Source: Chthoniobacterales bacterium
Lineage (GTDB): Bacteria > Verrucomicrobiota > Verrucomicrobiia > Chthoniobacterales > UBA6821
DNA: 64,000 bases
NCBI GenBank assembly: GCA_036824855.1
Contig: DAISZK010000001.1
Coordinates: 345-64,344 of the forward strand
Direction: 5' to 3'
Shown here in pieces: positions 47,401 to 55,954 of the stretch (position 1 is its first letter; the number at the start of each line of letters is the position of its first letter). A program made the position numbers and the translations under genes. The notes under the pieces were generated by a model. The model made no database searches. It was not told the DNA's origin and worked only from the letters and a program-made list of their open reading frames with translations.

Positions 47401-47857
47401 GTGTGTTCCCCACGATGTCATAAGCCACGAGTTTGCGGTTCACATAGACTTCTGCACGCAACCTCACGGAGTCGAACAGAAGCCTTAGCACCTTACCAGA
47501 GGCATCGGAGGGAACCTCAAAATCACGCACCCACCAGGTGACCCCCTTGACCATGCTATCCGGACCCAACCCCTTGCCAAAATACTCCTCCGCAGTGCCG
47601 GGAACAGAAACGGTCAGCGCATCCTTACCTCCCAGCGAATCCCATCCTCCGCTAGGGGGATTCGTCGGAACTTTGGACAGATCGACTGGAGGCAGGAAGA
47701 GTTCGTCGTTCTCCCATGAAGCCGTCTTGTCCTGCCAAAGATGCCAACCCTGTCCGGAGAGATCGATGACGTGACGGCCCGGAGCTTTGTGATGACATGC
47801 CGGAAACAAGACCAAGACGCCTCCTAAGAGGAGGAGAAGAAAGTTTTGGATTCTCAT
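44450..47857 (-). CDS. GH2 family glycosidase with inserted PA14 domain and an unassigned 159-aa C-terminal domain
   Basis: The protein has a signal peptide. GH2-like blocks are VTWWVRDFEVP, LNMLNFHRCIGNPIIFDKADEMGLLYFEEPGG and SLIIYNMINEQW. The PA14-like segment is at about 44930..45319 (GLAVSFFNGEEFSKPL...YSVQWEGNLVPPVDGEYGLTLKYRNGARLWIDGKQLLD). Confidence 0.75.
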   Translation of the reverse strand: MRIQNFLLLLLGGVLVLFPACHHKAPGRHVIDLSGQGWHLWQDKTASWENDELFLPPVDLSKVPTNPPSGGWDSLGGKDALTVSVPGTAEEYFGKGLGPDSMVKGVTWWVRDFEVPSDASGKVLRLLFDSVRLRAEVYVNRKLVAYDIVGNTPFEADISKVVKPGQKVQLAVRVTNPGGNFDWKDVDPFKWGNHLIPLGHGFGGVTGGVHLAVTDPLYVNDLYIQNTPEKTTVNAIATVKNTSSKKLAGRAVVSVVEKATGKQVFSKELTGLEFAPGESTITCPVSVLDAKLWSVETPELYTMTVTLKSDDKNSDMDSRTFGFRWFSPDGIGSDAVLRLNGKRTVLRTAISWGFWPINGVFPSPELAAKQVQTAKDYGLNMLNFHRCIGNPIIFDKADEMGLLYFEEPGGYVSGKDDPFAQAICREKLLRMVKRDRSHPSLIIYNMINEQWDKWGANTNTALFDIHRRDLRDAHAIDPSRLIVYTSAWAGRAPDPKNDPAKMNMRPFDMEVHMNGWWDFHRASGPELWKQEFYKDPTHHYGYTTNATEEVYWGEEGAVSAPPRLGLIEKSLDGVTNLGWDGQVYRDWYAAFDGYLTSNNLRGAFPNVDDLCKAMGVVSIEHQGRKIEDTRICDANDGYAINGWESELIENHSGVVDCFRNPKADPSILAYYNQPLYVAVKPRRQISPFPGSVTIDFYLINEKDLKGALTLRITTSGPDGKQTFSKDLPVRASGGEIYGQLLSEGVEIPLTEEQGMSTISASLIDPQGNVKASGHDQVLAVDWKHIPITGTGAVFENGSRVRDFLKEGKGIDAPIFDDTQAKLDWLIVAKSPFNEPSMIPKESFLQPDGKTPGLAVSFFNGEEFSKPLYRRIDRNVDLNVSFGASPDSHVPLIENYSVQWEGNLVPPVDGEYGLTLKYRNGARLWIDGKQLLDESKPGRSATKQFKLALKGGRPVPIRVELLQKNFSAQMQMLWQTPIPEKITADQVLQRAARDGTTVLILDHAENWLDALGKTAGTLQGKGFVLGGSWLGGQYFVKDHPLFAGLPVNQALNWPYQGVVGGRRTALQINGGELIAGAYHTWPMQLGSAVSILPVGKGRVIISGLDIIEQLDNPESPAEVARKLFCNFLNYVSPSSK

Positions 47858-47876
47858 GAGTAAAGGCCTTTTAACT

Positions 47877-48728
47877 TTACTTGTTCGAACTCGTACCTAG
47901 GGGCGTCAACTTGACGGAAATCGTCGGCGCCGAATTGGTTGGAGTTCCCGTGATCACAACAGGTGCGGTGGGGGCTAACTGTGAGCCCATCAGTTCCTCC
48001 AGTTTCGGACGCACAGCCTCAATCCAGATTCGGTAACCTTGGTCATTCGGATGGAGAAGGTCGGGCATGATCTCCTTCGAGAGATTACCCTGCGGATCGA
48101 GGAATTTCGGTCCGATATCCAGAAAGAAGACGTTCTTTCCATCTGCCAGAGCTGGAAGGATGGCGTTTACTTGATCGTTCTTAAGGCGGAGTGCGTCCTT
48201 CGACGTCGACGCACGGGGAAAGATTGCGAGAAGGAGGATCTTGGCCTGAGGTTGTTTGGCTCGAACGGTTTCTATGATTTTATTGATACCAGCAGCCACC
48301 CACTCGGGTTTCTCATCGCCGTAGTGACCGATGTTATTGGTCCCAATCATGATCATGATGACCTTCGGATGAATATTATCGAGCTCGCCATTAATCAGTC
48401 GCCAGAGCACTTCTTCGGTCGTTTCCCCGCTCACACCAAGATCAAGCGGCTTCCAAGGGGCAAATCGTGCGTAGGAATCAGCACCCTTTTTGGGCCATCC
48501 GTCGGTGATAGAGTCGCCGATGAGAATCAAGTCGAAATCCCCGTGAGCCGCCTTGATCTGGCGCATAAAATCATTATGACGGCTTTTCTCCACCGGAGTC
48601 ACCGCACTCTCCTGAGTCCGGGGTTCGCTCGGAATTGCAGAGAGTACGTTACCCATGGCAAGTGCGCACAGCGCTGAACCTAGAACGACATGAAATCGGG
48701 CAGTCAGGGAAGGGTGTTTGTTTTTCAT
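47877..48728 (-). CDS. Secreted SGNH/GDSL hydrolase (acetyl-esterase type, PAF-acetylhydrolase-like)
   Basis: The protein has a signal peptide. Blocks are LILIGDSITDGW, GVSGETTEEVLWRL, IMIGTNNIG and DLLHPNDQGY. It is paralogous to the C-terminal module of the 802-aa esterase. Confidence 0.85.
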   Translation of the reverse strand: MKNKHPSLTARFHVVLGSALCALAMGNVLSAIPSEPRTQESAVTPVEKSRHNDFMRQIKAAHGDFDLILIGDSITDGWPKKGADSYARFAPWKPLDLGVSGETTEEVLWRLINGELDNIHPKVIMIMIGTNNIGHYGDEKPEWVAAGINKIIETVRAKQPQAKILLLAIFPRASTSKDALRLKNDQVNAILPALADGKNVFFLDIGPKFLDPQGNLSKEIMPDLLHPNDQGYRIWIEAVRPKLEELMGSQLAPTAPVVITGTPTNSAPTISVKLTPLGTSSNK

Positions 48729-48753
48729 ATTGATTGAGTAATGATTAGTGGCT

Positions 48754-51126
48754 TTATGGAAGTTGCCCCAGCATCTCTTGGAAATTTGTCCAACCCTGCA
48801 GATGATCCTCCTTGTCCGGTGACACGACCAGAACAGCGAGTTCTTGGGGCTTCAGATTGAGCGAAGAAGGAATAGGGGATACAAGGCCGGTCGCGGAATC
48901 GTGTAGAGAGGAGTTTGACACGGCAACTAATTGGCATGAGAGATCAGTTTCACCGGGATTGAAAAGCAGGCGAAACTTCTTTGCCGCGATAACCGCATCA
49001 AACCCGAGAATTCCCTTGGGCTCTTCAATGCATACCGCCGAGACCGTTGTCGTCACCCACGAAGGATGGATTTCAACCAGAAACCACTGGGTGAAGGAGG
49101 ATGGGTAGGCAGACGGAGTGGAGTTTCCTGCAGCACCCTTTTCATCAAGAATGCGGATTTCGGTATTCGGGAATTTCGGAAGCCGATAGGGAACTTCCGG
49201 CGTCTCGATTTTAACGCCGTTGTGCCCCAGGAAATTGACGATCAGATCGCCATATTTCCATGAATTCGTCCCGGTTTGCTCAATCTTGGTCGGCTTTCCA
49301 TTGACGGTTCCACCTGTTCCAAGCCGGAGGACCCCCTCAACGTCGATCGCCTTGGCACCCTCCTTTAAGGGAGCGATTTCGACCAGGCCGACGATCCGAT
49401 CGGGCAACCCGAGCCAGAGTTGGCGACCATTCCAGTCAACGGGATTACCCGTTGTGGAACTCCTATATTGCTGGAGTTGATAGGATCCGCCAACCGCGCT
49501 GAATGATTTTCCCATGACCACCGCCGATTTCAATCCGCAGGTCCGCCACGAATAGGCCAGGCGATTAAATTTCCCATCTTTGGAAATGGGATCCTTACCC
49601 TCCTGAATTCTTGGATAGACTCCCATCAGGATGTTTCCCTGGTCACCATTCGCCTCGGTCACTTGGGCCCCCATGATCGTGGCCAAGCCCGGTTCGTTTT
49701 CCGGAATGGATCGTGTTGTGGCGGCATAGTTGAAGCGCCCATACCAGGCTCGCGGTCCGGCAATGTTCCGATCGATCACTGTGTAGTTGTCCGGAAGAGG
49801 CAGCTGCTTGACCTGATCATTCCACCAAGACAATCCCAGCCGGTTGGCAGGCCATCCCTTCAGATCTTTCTGACGGGCAAGCAGTTGATCATTCATGCCG
49901 CGAAGGTAAGGATTCCCGGTGAGAGCAGCCACGGACTCGCCTCCGGTCCAGCTGGAGTAAACATCGTTCCAAGTGTCCTTCCAGGAGGGAACGGTCCAGA
50001 ACTCCCCGCGCTTTCCACAGGTGACCGGCCCGTACCATTCCGTCTTTTTCAAGAGCTCCAGGACCTTGGGATCCTGGTTCACCTCGTAAATACGGGCCAG
50101 ATCCCGAGTGTCGGAATTGTGGTAATTGGCCGACTCATTCTGATGCCCCAGATAGGCCAGTGCTCCGTCGGGCCAGATGATTTTGTCCTGCGCCTCGTAG
50201 AGGAAGCGGGACTTGTCGAGATACTCCTTATTGTCCAGGTAGAGACCGAAATTCAGCATCTCAAACGCCAGCGCGAGATCGATATTCGCATAGGTGCCTT
50301 GGCGATCCTTGGCCTTGAGCCACATCACGGCTCCACCGGTCTTCATGGCCCTCTCCCAGAGAGCTTTTTGGGAGGGAAGGAGGAGTCCTGGATAGAGTTG
50401 GGCAAATTCCCGTAATGCGCACGATGCTGGTGCGATCGCGAAGTCGTCAAAAATCCCATTACCCGCAAGCGGAGCATTTTCACTACTTTTTTGACCGACT
50501 GGAACAGCTAGTGAGAGCGATCCATGGACGTCGATGGCATCGGCATAAGCGGTAGCCAAGCGTAGATAGCGCTCCAACACCTTGGGATCACCCTTCATGG
50601 GGCTCGAAGGATTGGCATAAAGCCAGAGCCAGGCCTGCATTTCTTCACCAGCAGAACGACTTCCAGCTTCCCCCGTAAAGCCACCGCTGAAGGTGTTGAC
50701 CGTTGCCGTGTTTTTGGGAAGGGGATTATCCGGCTTGGAGAGGTCATCCTTGGCACCGGCGACCAACTTGGCGAGGTAAGGATTTCCCTGCACTTTCATC
50801 GGTGGTCGAAGCGCACTGATCGTGTTGGTTTGACTGCTAGGAACAACGAGTGATTCGGGATTCTTGGCCAGCATCGCCTCCACATCATTGATCAAGTCAC
50901 CGGCATCCTTGGAGCATCCGGCATCCAGGGATGCCTTGGCCTGCTCTAAGGCTACCGTCAGGACCGCCTTGACTGCGCCAGCAGAACCCTCACCCGAAAG
51001 AGTCGCGACTTTAGGAGTTAATGAATCGATTTGGGTTGTTAGCTCTGAGTTCGCAGGAAGAGTTTCAGCACGTAAAGCAACTTCTGTAAGACCAAGAAAA
51101 ACAGCCAATATTAAGAATTTTTTCAT
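48754..51126 (-). CDS. Secreted 790-aa protein of unknown function (first gene of the island in transcription order)
   Basis: The protein has a signal peptide (MKKFLILAVFLGLTEVALRA). I recognised no family motif. The N-terminal half looks helical and the C-terminal third looks beta-rich. It has a clean ATG start and codon usage similar to its neighbours. Confidence 0.6.
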   Translation of the reverse strand: MKKFLILAVFLGLTEVALRAETLPANSELTTQIDSLTPKVATLSGEGSAGAVKAVLTVALEQAKASLDAGCSKDAGDLINDVEAMLAKNPESLVVPSSQTNTISALRPPMKVQGNPYLAKLVAGAKDDLSKPDNPLPKNTATVNTFSGGFTGEAGSRSAGEEMQAWLWLYANPSSPMKGDPKVLERYLRLATAYADAIDVHGSLSLAVPVGQKSSENAPLAGNGIFDDFAIAPASCALREFAQLYPGLLLPSQKALWERAMKTGGAVMWLKAKDRQGTYANIDLALAFEMLNFGLYLDNKEYLDKSRFLYEAQDKIIWPDGALAYLGHQNESANYHNSDTRDLARIYEVNQDPKVLELLKKTEWYGPVTCGKRGEFWTVPSWKDTWNDVYSSWTGGESVAALTGNPYLRGMNDQLLARQKDLKGWPANRLGLSWWNDQVKQLPLPDNYTVIDRNIAGPRAWYGRFNYAATTRSIPENEPGLATIMGAQVTEANGDQGNILMGVYPRIQEGKDPISKDGKFNRLAYSWRTCGLKSAVVMGKSFSAVGGSYQLQQYRSSTTGNPVDWNGRQLWLGLPDRIVGLVEIAPLKEGAKAIDVEGVLRLGTGGTVNGKPTKIEQTGTNSWKYGDLIVNFLGHNGVKIETPEVPYRLPKFPNTEIRILDEKGAAGNSTPSAYPSSFTQWFLVEIHPSWVTTTVSAVCIEEPKGILGFDAVIAAKKFRLLFNPGETDLSCQLVAVSNSSLHDSATGLVSPIPSSLNLKPQELAVLVVSPDKEDHLQGWTNFQEMLGQLP

Positions 51127-51235
51127 ATGCGTTAATAGCGGGGTAAGGAACTAAACAGAAATATGGAAACCGCAATAAACTAACCGATCAAGATTCATTC
51201 ATCTTATTGAAACCTCTCATCTTGGAATACAACTC

Positions 51236-52246
51236 TCAGCCCAAAAAGATTCTAGCCGTCACCAGATAACAGGTAACAGTGAAGAGGTCGGCGGCAGCTA
51301 GGGTTATGGGACCTGCAGCGATCTTTGGATCCCACCGGACTATTCGGAGCAGCACGGGAACAAGCACGCCAAGCAGACCCGATACAAGAATAGAAAGAAC
51401 GATGCTCCCACCGATCGAGATAGCTGCCACGGAATCGTGCCAGCAAGATCCCACCATCCCTGCAACGGCGACCCCGGCAAGGAGCCCGAGCAGGATGGCC
51501 GTGACTCCCTCGCGGTGGAGTTTCGCCCTGAGCCATTTCCAACGCACCCGGGCGTGAGGAAGCGATTGGACCGTCAGAGCCAGCGACTGCGCAGCAACAG
51601 CCTCACCAAGCCCCAAGACCAGAGCCATGAAGACAGCCAGCACCACCCGTTGCTGTAGGGTCGAGGCAAAAGCCCCGGCCAAAAATGCGCAGAGTACTCC
51701 TCCGGAAACAGTAGCCGCCAACCATGGAAAGCGAATTCTGAAGGCCTTCCAGGGAGAAGCATGGAGCACTTCCTGCACATGGATACCGATTGACTGAAAG
51801 AGCTGGTCGTTATTGGTTCCCGTGCTGAGTTCCATCACTTCGTCGGTAAAGAGCCCAACATCAATGATACCGCAGAGTCTCTTGTTCCCATCCACGACGG
51901 GGATTGCTAGAAACTTGTGCAGGATGAAGCACTCGCATGCCTCCATCAGGGTTGCATGATCGGGAAGCGAGAGCACTCGCTTCATCATCACCTCCGAAAT
52001 CAAGCTTCCCAGCGGCTCGGTCAGAAGCTTGCGGGCGGGCACCACGCCGGAGAGTCGTCCCTCCGCATCGACGACATAAAAGTAAAAAATCCGCTCCGCC
52101 AAACCCGTTGCACGGATCGCATCGAGGGCCTCAGCCACACTCTGATCGACCCTTAGGGGGGGTGGACCAGGCGTGATAAAGTCGGAAAGCGGGCGCCCCA
52201 GATGTTCGGCAGGAGCTTTCCCTGCAGACGATAATGCGGAGGGCAT
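51236..52246 (-). CDS. MgtE-like divalent cation transporter (CBS pair + MgtE membrane domain; no MgtE_N domain seen)
   Basis: The start is trimmed to ATG 52246 because the track start at 52357 overlaps the clpC 3' end. A CBS-like region is present (VMMKRVLSLPDHATLMEACECFILHKFLAIPVVDGNKRLCGIIDV). Five hydrophobic helices with MgtE-like spacing follow. Confidence 0.7.
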   Translation of the reverse strand: MPSALSSAGKAPAEHLGRPLSDFITPGPPPLRVDQSVAEALDAIRATGLAERIFYFYVVDAEGRLSGVVPARKLLTEPLGSLISEVMMKRVLSLPDHATLMEACECFILHKFLAIPVVDGNKRLCGIIDVGLFTDEVMELSTGTNNDQLFQSIGIHVQEVLHASPWKAFRIRFPWLAATVSGGVLCAFLAGAFASTLQQRVVLAVFMALVLGLGEAVAAQSLALTVQSLPHARVRWKWLRAKLHREGVTAILLGLLAGVAVAGMVGSCWHDSVAAISIGGSIVLSILVSGLLGVLVPVLLRIVRWDPKIAAGPITLAAADLFTVTCYLVTARIFLG

Positions 52247-52283
52247 AGCCCGAAAGTTCGCTGGGTTCTCGCGGAGAGAGATC

Positions 52284-54818
52284 CTATCCCTTGGCCTTCC
52301 GGGACTTGGCGGGGGCCGGGGGCGTTCCTCCGGAAGGAGCTGAAACCTTGAAGACAAGCTTCTCTCCCTCGCGGGTTACCTGTACCTGATCACCGGCCTT
52401 GAAGGTGCCGCGGAGTATCTCCTCAGCCATCGGATCCTCGAGATAGCGCTCCACGGCACGACGCATCGGGCGGGCTCCGTAGGTGGGATCGTATCCTTTC
52501 TCAATAAGAAACTCATGCGAGGCGGCATCAAGGGTCAGGATGATTTCCTTGTCCTTGATACGAGAAGCCACCTTAGCCACCTCAAGATCGACGATGCGGG
52601 TGAGCATCTCCTTGGAGAGCGTGTGGAAGACAATGATGTCGTCAAGGCGGTTGAGAAACTCCGGTTTGAAGACTTTTTTTGTCTCTTCCAGAATCTTGCC
52701 CTGCATCGTATCGTAGCCCTCATCGTGCTTGGGAGCTCCGAAGCCTAGCGTTGTCTGCTTCTTGATCAGCTCGGCGCCGACATTCGATGTCAGGATGATG
52801 ATGGTGTTACGGAAGTCGATCTTGCGCCCGAGGCTGTCGGTGACAGTGCCCTCCTCCAGAATCTGGAGCAGAAGGTGCATGACGTCGGGGTGTGCCTTTT
52901 CGACCTCATCAAAAAGGACAACCGAATAGGGACGGCGGCGCACTGCCTCGGAGAGTTGTCCCCCCTCTTCGTGACCGACATAGCCCGGAGGTGATCCGAT
53001 GAGTCGCGATGAAGTGAACTTCTCCATGTACTCGGACATGTCGATCTGGATGAGAGCATCGGGATCGCCGAACATGAATTCCGCAAGGGAGCGGGCCAGG
53101 AAGGTCTTACCGACACCCGTGGGACCCAAAAAGATGAAGGATCCGATGGGACGACGAGGATCCTTGAGATCCGCACGTGAGCGGCGGAGCGCCTTGCTGA
53201 TCGCGGTGACAGCCTCGTCCTGACCGATGACGCGCTGCTTGAGATCATCCTCCATGGCAAGGAGCTTTGCAGTCTCCTTCTGCTCCATGCGGTTCAGCGG
53301 CACGCCGGTCCACTTGGAGAGAACATGCATGATCTCCTCCTCACCGACGATGACCTCGCGTTCGTCACGCTCCTTGCGCCATGAGGCTAGGGCGGTCTCC
53401 AGATCTTCCTTGGCTTTTTTCTCGGTATCGCGGAGTGATGCGGCTTTCTCGAAATCCTGAGCTTTAATGGCGGCCTCCTTTTCCCCGCGGATCCTGTCGA
53501 TATCGGCCTCGAGATCCTTGGTGGAAGGAGGGCGGGTCATCGCGCCGATCCGCGCCCGTGAACCGGCCTCATCCATGAGATCAATAGCCTTGTCGGGAAG
53601 GAATCGTCCGGTCAGATAGCGATCGGAAAGTTTTGCAGCTGCCTCGAGCGCAGCATCGGTGATGACAGCCTTGTGGTGAGCCTCGTACTTGGGACGGAGT
53701 CCCTTGAGGATCAGGACCGTATCCTCCACGGACGGGGCCTCGACTTTGACGGACTGAAAGCGGCGCTCGAGAGCGGAGTCCTTCTCGATGTATTTGCGAT
53801 ACTCGTTCAGCGTTGTCGCCCCGATGCACTGAAGTTCGCCACGACTGAGTGCGGGCTTGATGATGTTAGATGCATCCATGGCTCCTTCGGCGGAGCCGGC
53901 TCCGACGATCGTGTGCATCTCGTCGATGAAGAGGATGATGTTCTTGTTCTTGCGAATCTCGTCCATCACCGCCTTGATCCGTTCCTCGAACTGCCCGCGG
54001 TATTTCGTGCCGGCCACCATGAGCGCCAGATCGAGTGTGATGACACGCTTGCCCGAGAGAAGCTCCGGCACATTGCCCGCGACGATCTCCTGGGCAAGCC
54101 CCTCGGCGATGGCGGTCTTGCCGACACCGGCCTCGCCGATCAAGACGGGGTTATTCTTGCTGCGGCGGCAGAGAATCTGGATGACGCGCTCAATCTCCTC
54201 GGCCCGGCCGATCACTGGATCAAGTTCTCCCTTGGCAGCGATTTCAGTCAGGTCGCGCCCAAAGGCTTTCAATGCCGGGGTCTTGCCTTCCTTGCGGCCA
54301 GGGCCACCACCTGCAGTGGCTTCCTCACCCTCGTGTCCTTCGGGAATCTCTCCACCCTCCTCGTCATCAGCAGGGTTGAAATTCGGATCAAGTTCCTTGA
54401 GCACTTCATTGCGCGTGCGATCGAGATCGACTTCCAGATTTTTGAGGACCTGGGCCGCAACTCCTTCTCCTTCTCGGAGCAGACCAAGGAGGATATGCTC
54501 GGTGCCAACATAGGAATGCTGGAGGGCTTTTGCCTCCTTGCCGGCCAAGGCCAGAACCTTCTTCACGCGCGGCGTATAGGGAATATTGCCGGCCATTTTG
54601 TTCTCCTGACCCGAGCCAACCTGCTTCTCGACCTCCTGCCGCACGGTCTCGAGATCGAGACCCATCTTCTGGAGCACATTCACAGCCACTCCCTGACCGA
54701 GCTTGATAAGGCCGAGCAACAGATGCTCGGTCCCGACGTAATTGTGGTTGAAGCGGTCGGCCTCCTTGCGTGAAAGGGCCAAGACCTGCTGGGCTCGCGG
54801 CGTGAAATTGTTCATCAT
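52284..54818 (-). CDS. clpC: ATP-dependent Clp protease ATP-binding subunit ClpC
   Basis: Two Clp_N repeats are present ([16 protein letters not shown]...GTEHLLLGL). Walker A motifs are [13 protein letters not shown] and [19 protein letters not shown]-like linker is present ([19 protein letters not shown]). Confidence 0.93.
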   Translation of the reverse strand: MMNNFTPRAQQVLALSRKEADRFNHNYVGTEHLLLGLIKLGQGVAVNVLQKMGLDLETVRQEVEKQVGSGQENKMAGNIPYTPRVKKVLALAGKEAKALQHSYVGTEHILLGLLREGEGVAAQVLKNLEVDLDRTRNEVLKELDPNFNPADDEEGGEIPEGHEGEEATAGGGPGRKEGKTPALKAFGRDLTEIAAKGELDPVIGRAEEIERVIQILCRRSKNNPVLIGEAGVGKTAIAEGLAQEIVAGNVPELLSGKRVITLDLALMVAGTKYRGQFEERIKAVMDEIRKNKNIILFIDEMHTIVGAGSAEGAMDASNIIKPALSRGELQCIGATTLNEYRKYIEKDSALERRFQSVKVEAPSVEDTVLILKGLRPKYEAHHKAVITDAALEAAAKLSDRYLTGRFLPDKAIDLMDEAGSRARIGAMTRPPSTKDLEADIDRIRGEKEAAIKAQDFEKAASLRDTEKKAKEDLETALASWRKERDEREVIVGEEEIMHVLSKWTGVPLNRMEQKETAKLLAMEDDLKQRVIGQDEAVTAISKALRRSRADLKDPRRPIGSFIFLGPTGVGKTFLARSLAEFMFGDPDALIQIDMSEYMEKFTSSRLIGSPPGYVGHEEGGQLSEAVRRRPYSVVLFDEVEKAHPDVMHLLLQILEEGTVTDSLGRKIDFRNTIIILTSNVGAELIKKQTTLGFGAPKHDEGYDTMQGKILEETKKVFKPEFLNRLDDIIVFHTLSKEMLTRIVDLEVAKVASRIKDKEIILTLDAASHEFLIEKGYDPTYGARPMRRAVERYLEDPMAEEILRGTFKAGDQVQVTREGEKLVFKVSAPSGGTPPAPAKSRKAKG

Positions 54819-55954
54819 GATTCCTCGCTGGTTTCGGAAGTGCTGCTCGTGCTTGTGGTGGGGGAACCATTTGTCGGGATTTTCCCGATCTCCGGTTCCG
54901 GCATCTGTTTTAACTTCGTACGAATCAGGGCCGCGCGCAAGGAATCGCGTTCTTCAGCCCCGAGTTTTGCCACTTGCAACCCTTTTTGAAGATGGGCCGG
55001 CTGGGTCTCGATAAAAAGTTCGTCCACATGGAGTCGGTTCTTGGAGGGGAAGAGCCCAAGATCAACACCCATCTTGATGAAGGAGAGGAGATTCAAAGCC
55101 TCCTTTGAGGTGATCGAATGGGCATGGCAGAGAATGCCGTAAGCCCTGCCGATCTGGTCGAGCAGGGTTTCGGCGCGCTGCTGGAGGAGAATCTGTCGGG
55201 CATTCTGCTCATGTTCGAGGATCTGGAAGATGACCTTGTTTAGACGCCCAATGATCTCCTCCTCGGTCTCACCGAGGGTCGTCTGGTTGGAGACCTGAAA
55301 GAGGTTTCCCATCGCCTCGGTCCCCTCCCCATGCAACCCGCGCACAGCAAGGCCGATCTTATTGACCGAATTGATGATCTTGTTCACCTGTTCCGACATG
55401 ACGAGTCCAGGGAGATGCATCATGGCGCTCGCCCTCATGCCGGTGCCGACATTCGTCGGGCAGGCAGTCAAATAACCAAGGTCATTGTGAAAGGCAAAGT
55501 CGAGGGCATCCTCCAACTCAGAGTCCGTCTGATTGATCATCGCATAGACCTCATCAAGCTGGAGACCGGCGCGGATCGCCTGCATCCGGAGATGGTCCTC
55601 CTCATTGATCATAAAGCTCAGTGTCTGGGATGTGTTCATGACGACGGCACTTCCCGCACCCTTGGCAGCATGCTCGCGACTGATGAGATGACGCTCAACC
55701 AGGACTTGCTTCTCGAGCGCCGAGAGATCCTCCAGCCTCTCGGAAAAGGATTCCTCCATCTCGGGAAGCTGCTCCACCGCTGCCCGAACCTCCTCAAGCA
55801 CGGCGACACGCTCTACTTTCTTAGCCCACCCCGGGAAGGGTTTGCCCTTCAGATTGCGGGCTAGTCGAACCCTGCTACTCACCACAATCTGGTCATGAGG
55901 GCCCGCACCGCTAAGCCACTCTCCGGTATTCGCAATGATTCGGGAGAGTTTCAC
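54815..55954 (-). CDS. mcsB: Protein arginine kinase (ATP:guanido phosphotransferase)
   Basis: The phosphagen-kinase signature is LTACPTNVGTGMRASAMMHLPGL. At 379 aa it is the right size. The GTG start overlaps the mcsA stop (GTGA), and its own stop overlaps the clpC ATG. Confidence 0.88.
   Translation of the reverse strand: MKLSRIIANTGEWLSGAGPHDQIVVSSRVRLARNLKGKPFPGWAKKVERVAVLEEVRAAVEQLPEMEESFSERLEDLSALEKQVLVERHLISREHAAKGAGSAVVMNTSQTLSFMINEEDHLRMQAIRAGLQLDEVYAMINQTDSELEDALDFAFHNDLGYLTACPTNVGTGMRASAMMHLPGLVMSEQVNKIINSVNKIGLAVRGLHGEGTEAMGNLFQVSNQTTLGETEEEIIGRLNKVIFQILEHEQNARQILLQQRAETLLDQIGRAYGILCHAHSITSKEALNLLSFIKMGVDLGLFPSKNRLHVDELFIETQPAHLQKGLQVAKLGAEERDSLRAALIRTKLKQMPEPEIGKIPTNGSPTTSTSSTSETSEES

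Noticed and set aside
15222-51126. Interpreting the island as a Bacteroidota-style PUL or as a fucoidan-degradation locus.
   Set aside because: No SusC/SusD-like pair or TonB-dependent receptor is present, which rules out the PUL definition. No sulfatase (C/S-x-P-x-R motif protein) and no GH107-like gene was seen, so a sulfated fucan is an unlikely target despite the two GH29 genes.
53673-54773. A 366-aa plus-strand ORF (plus a 218-aa sibling) inside clpC.
   Set aside because: Both are antisense shadows of clpC, whose Walker motifs and Clp_N repeats are unambiguous.
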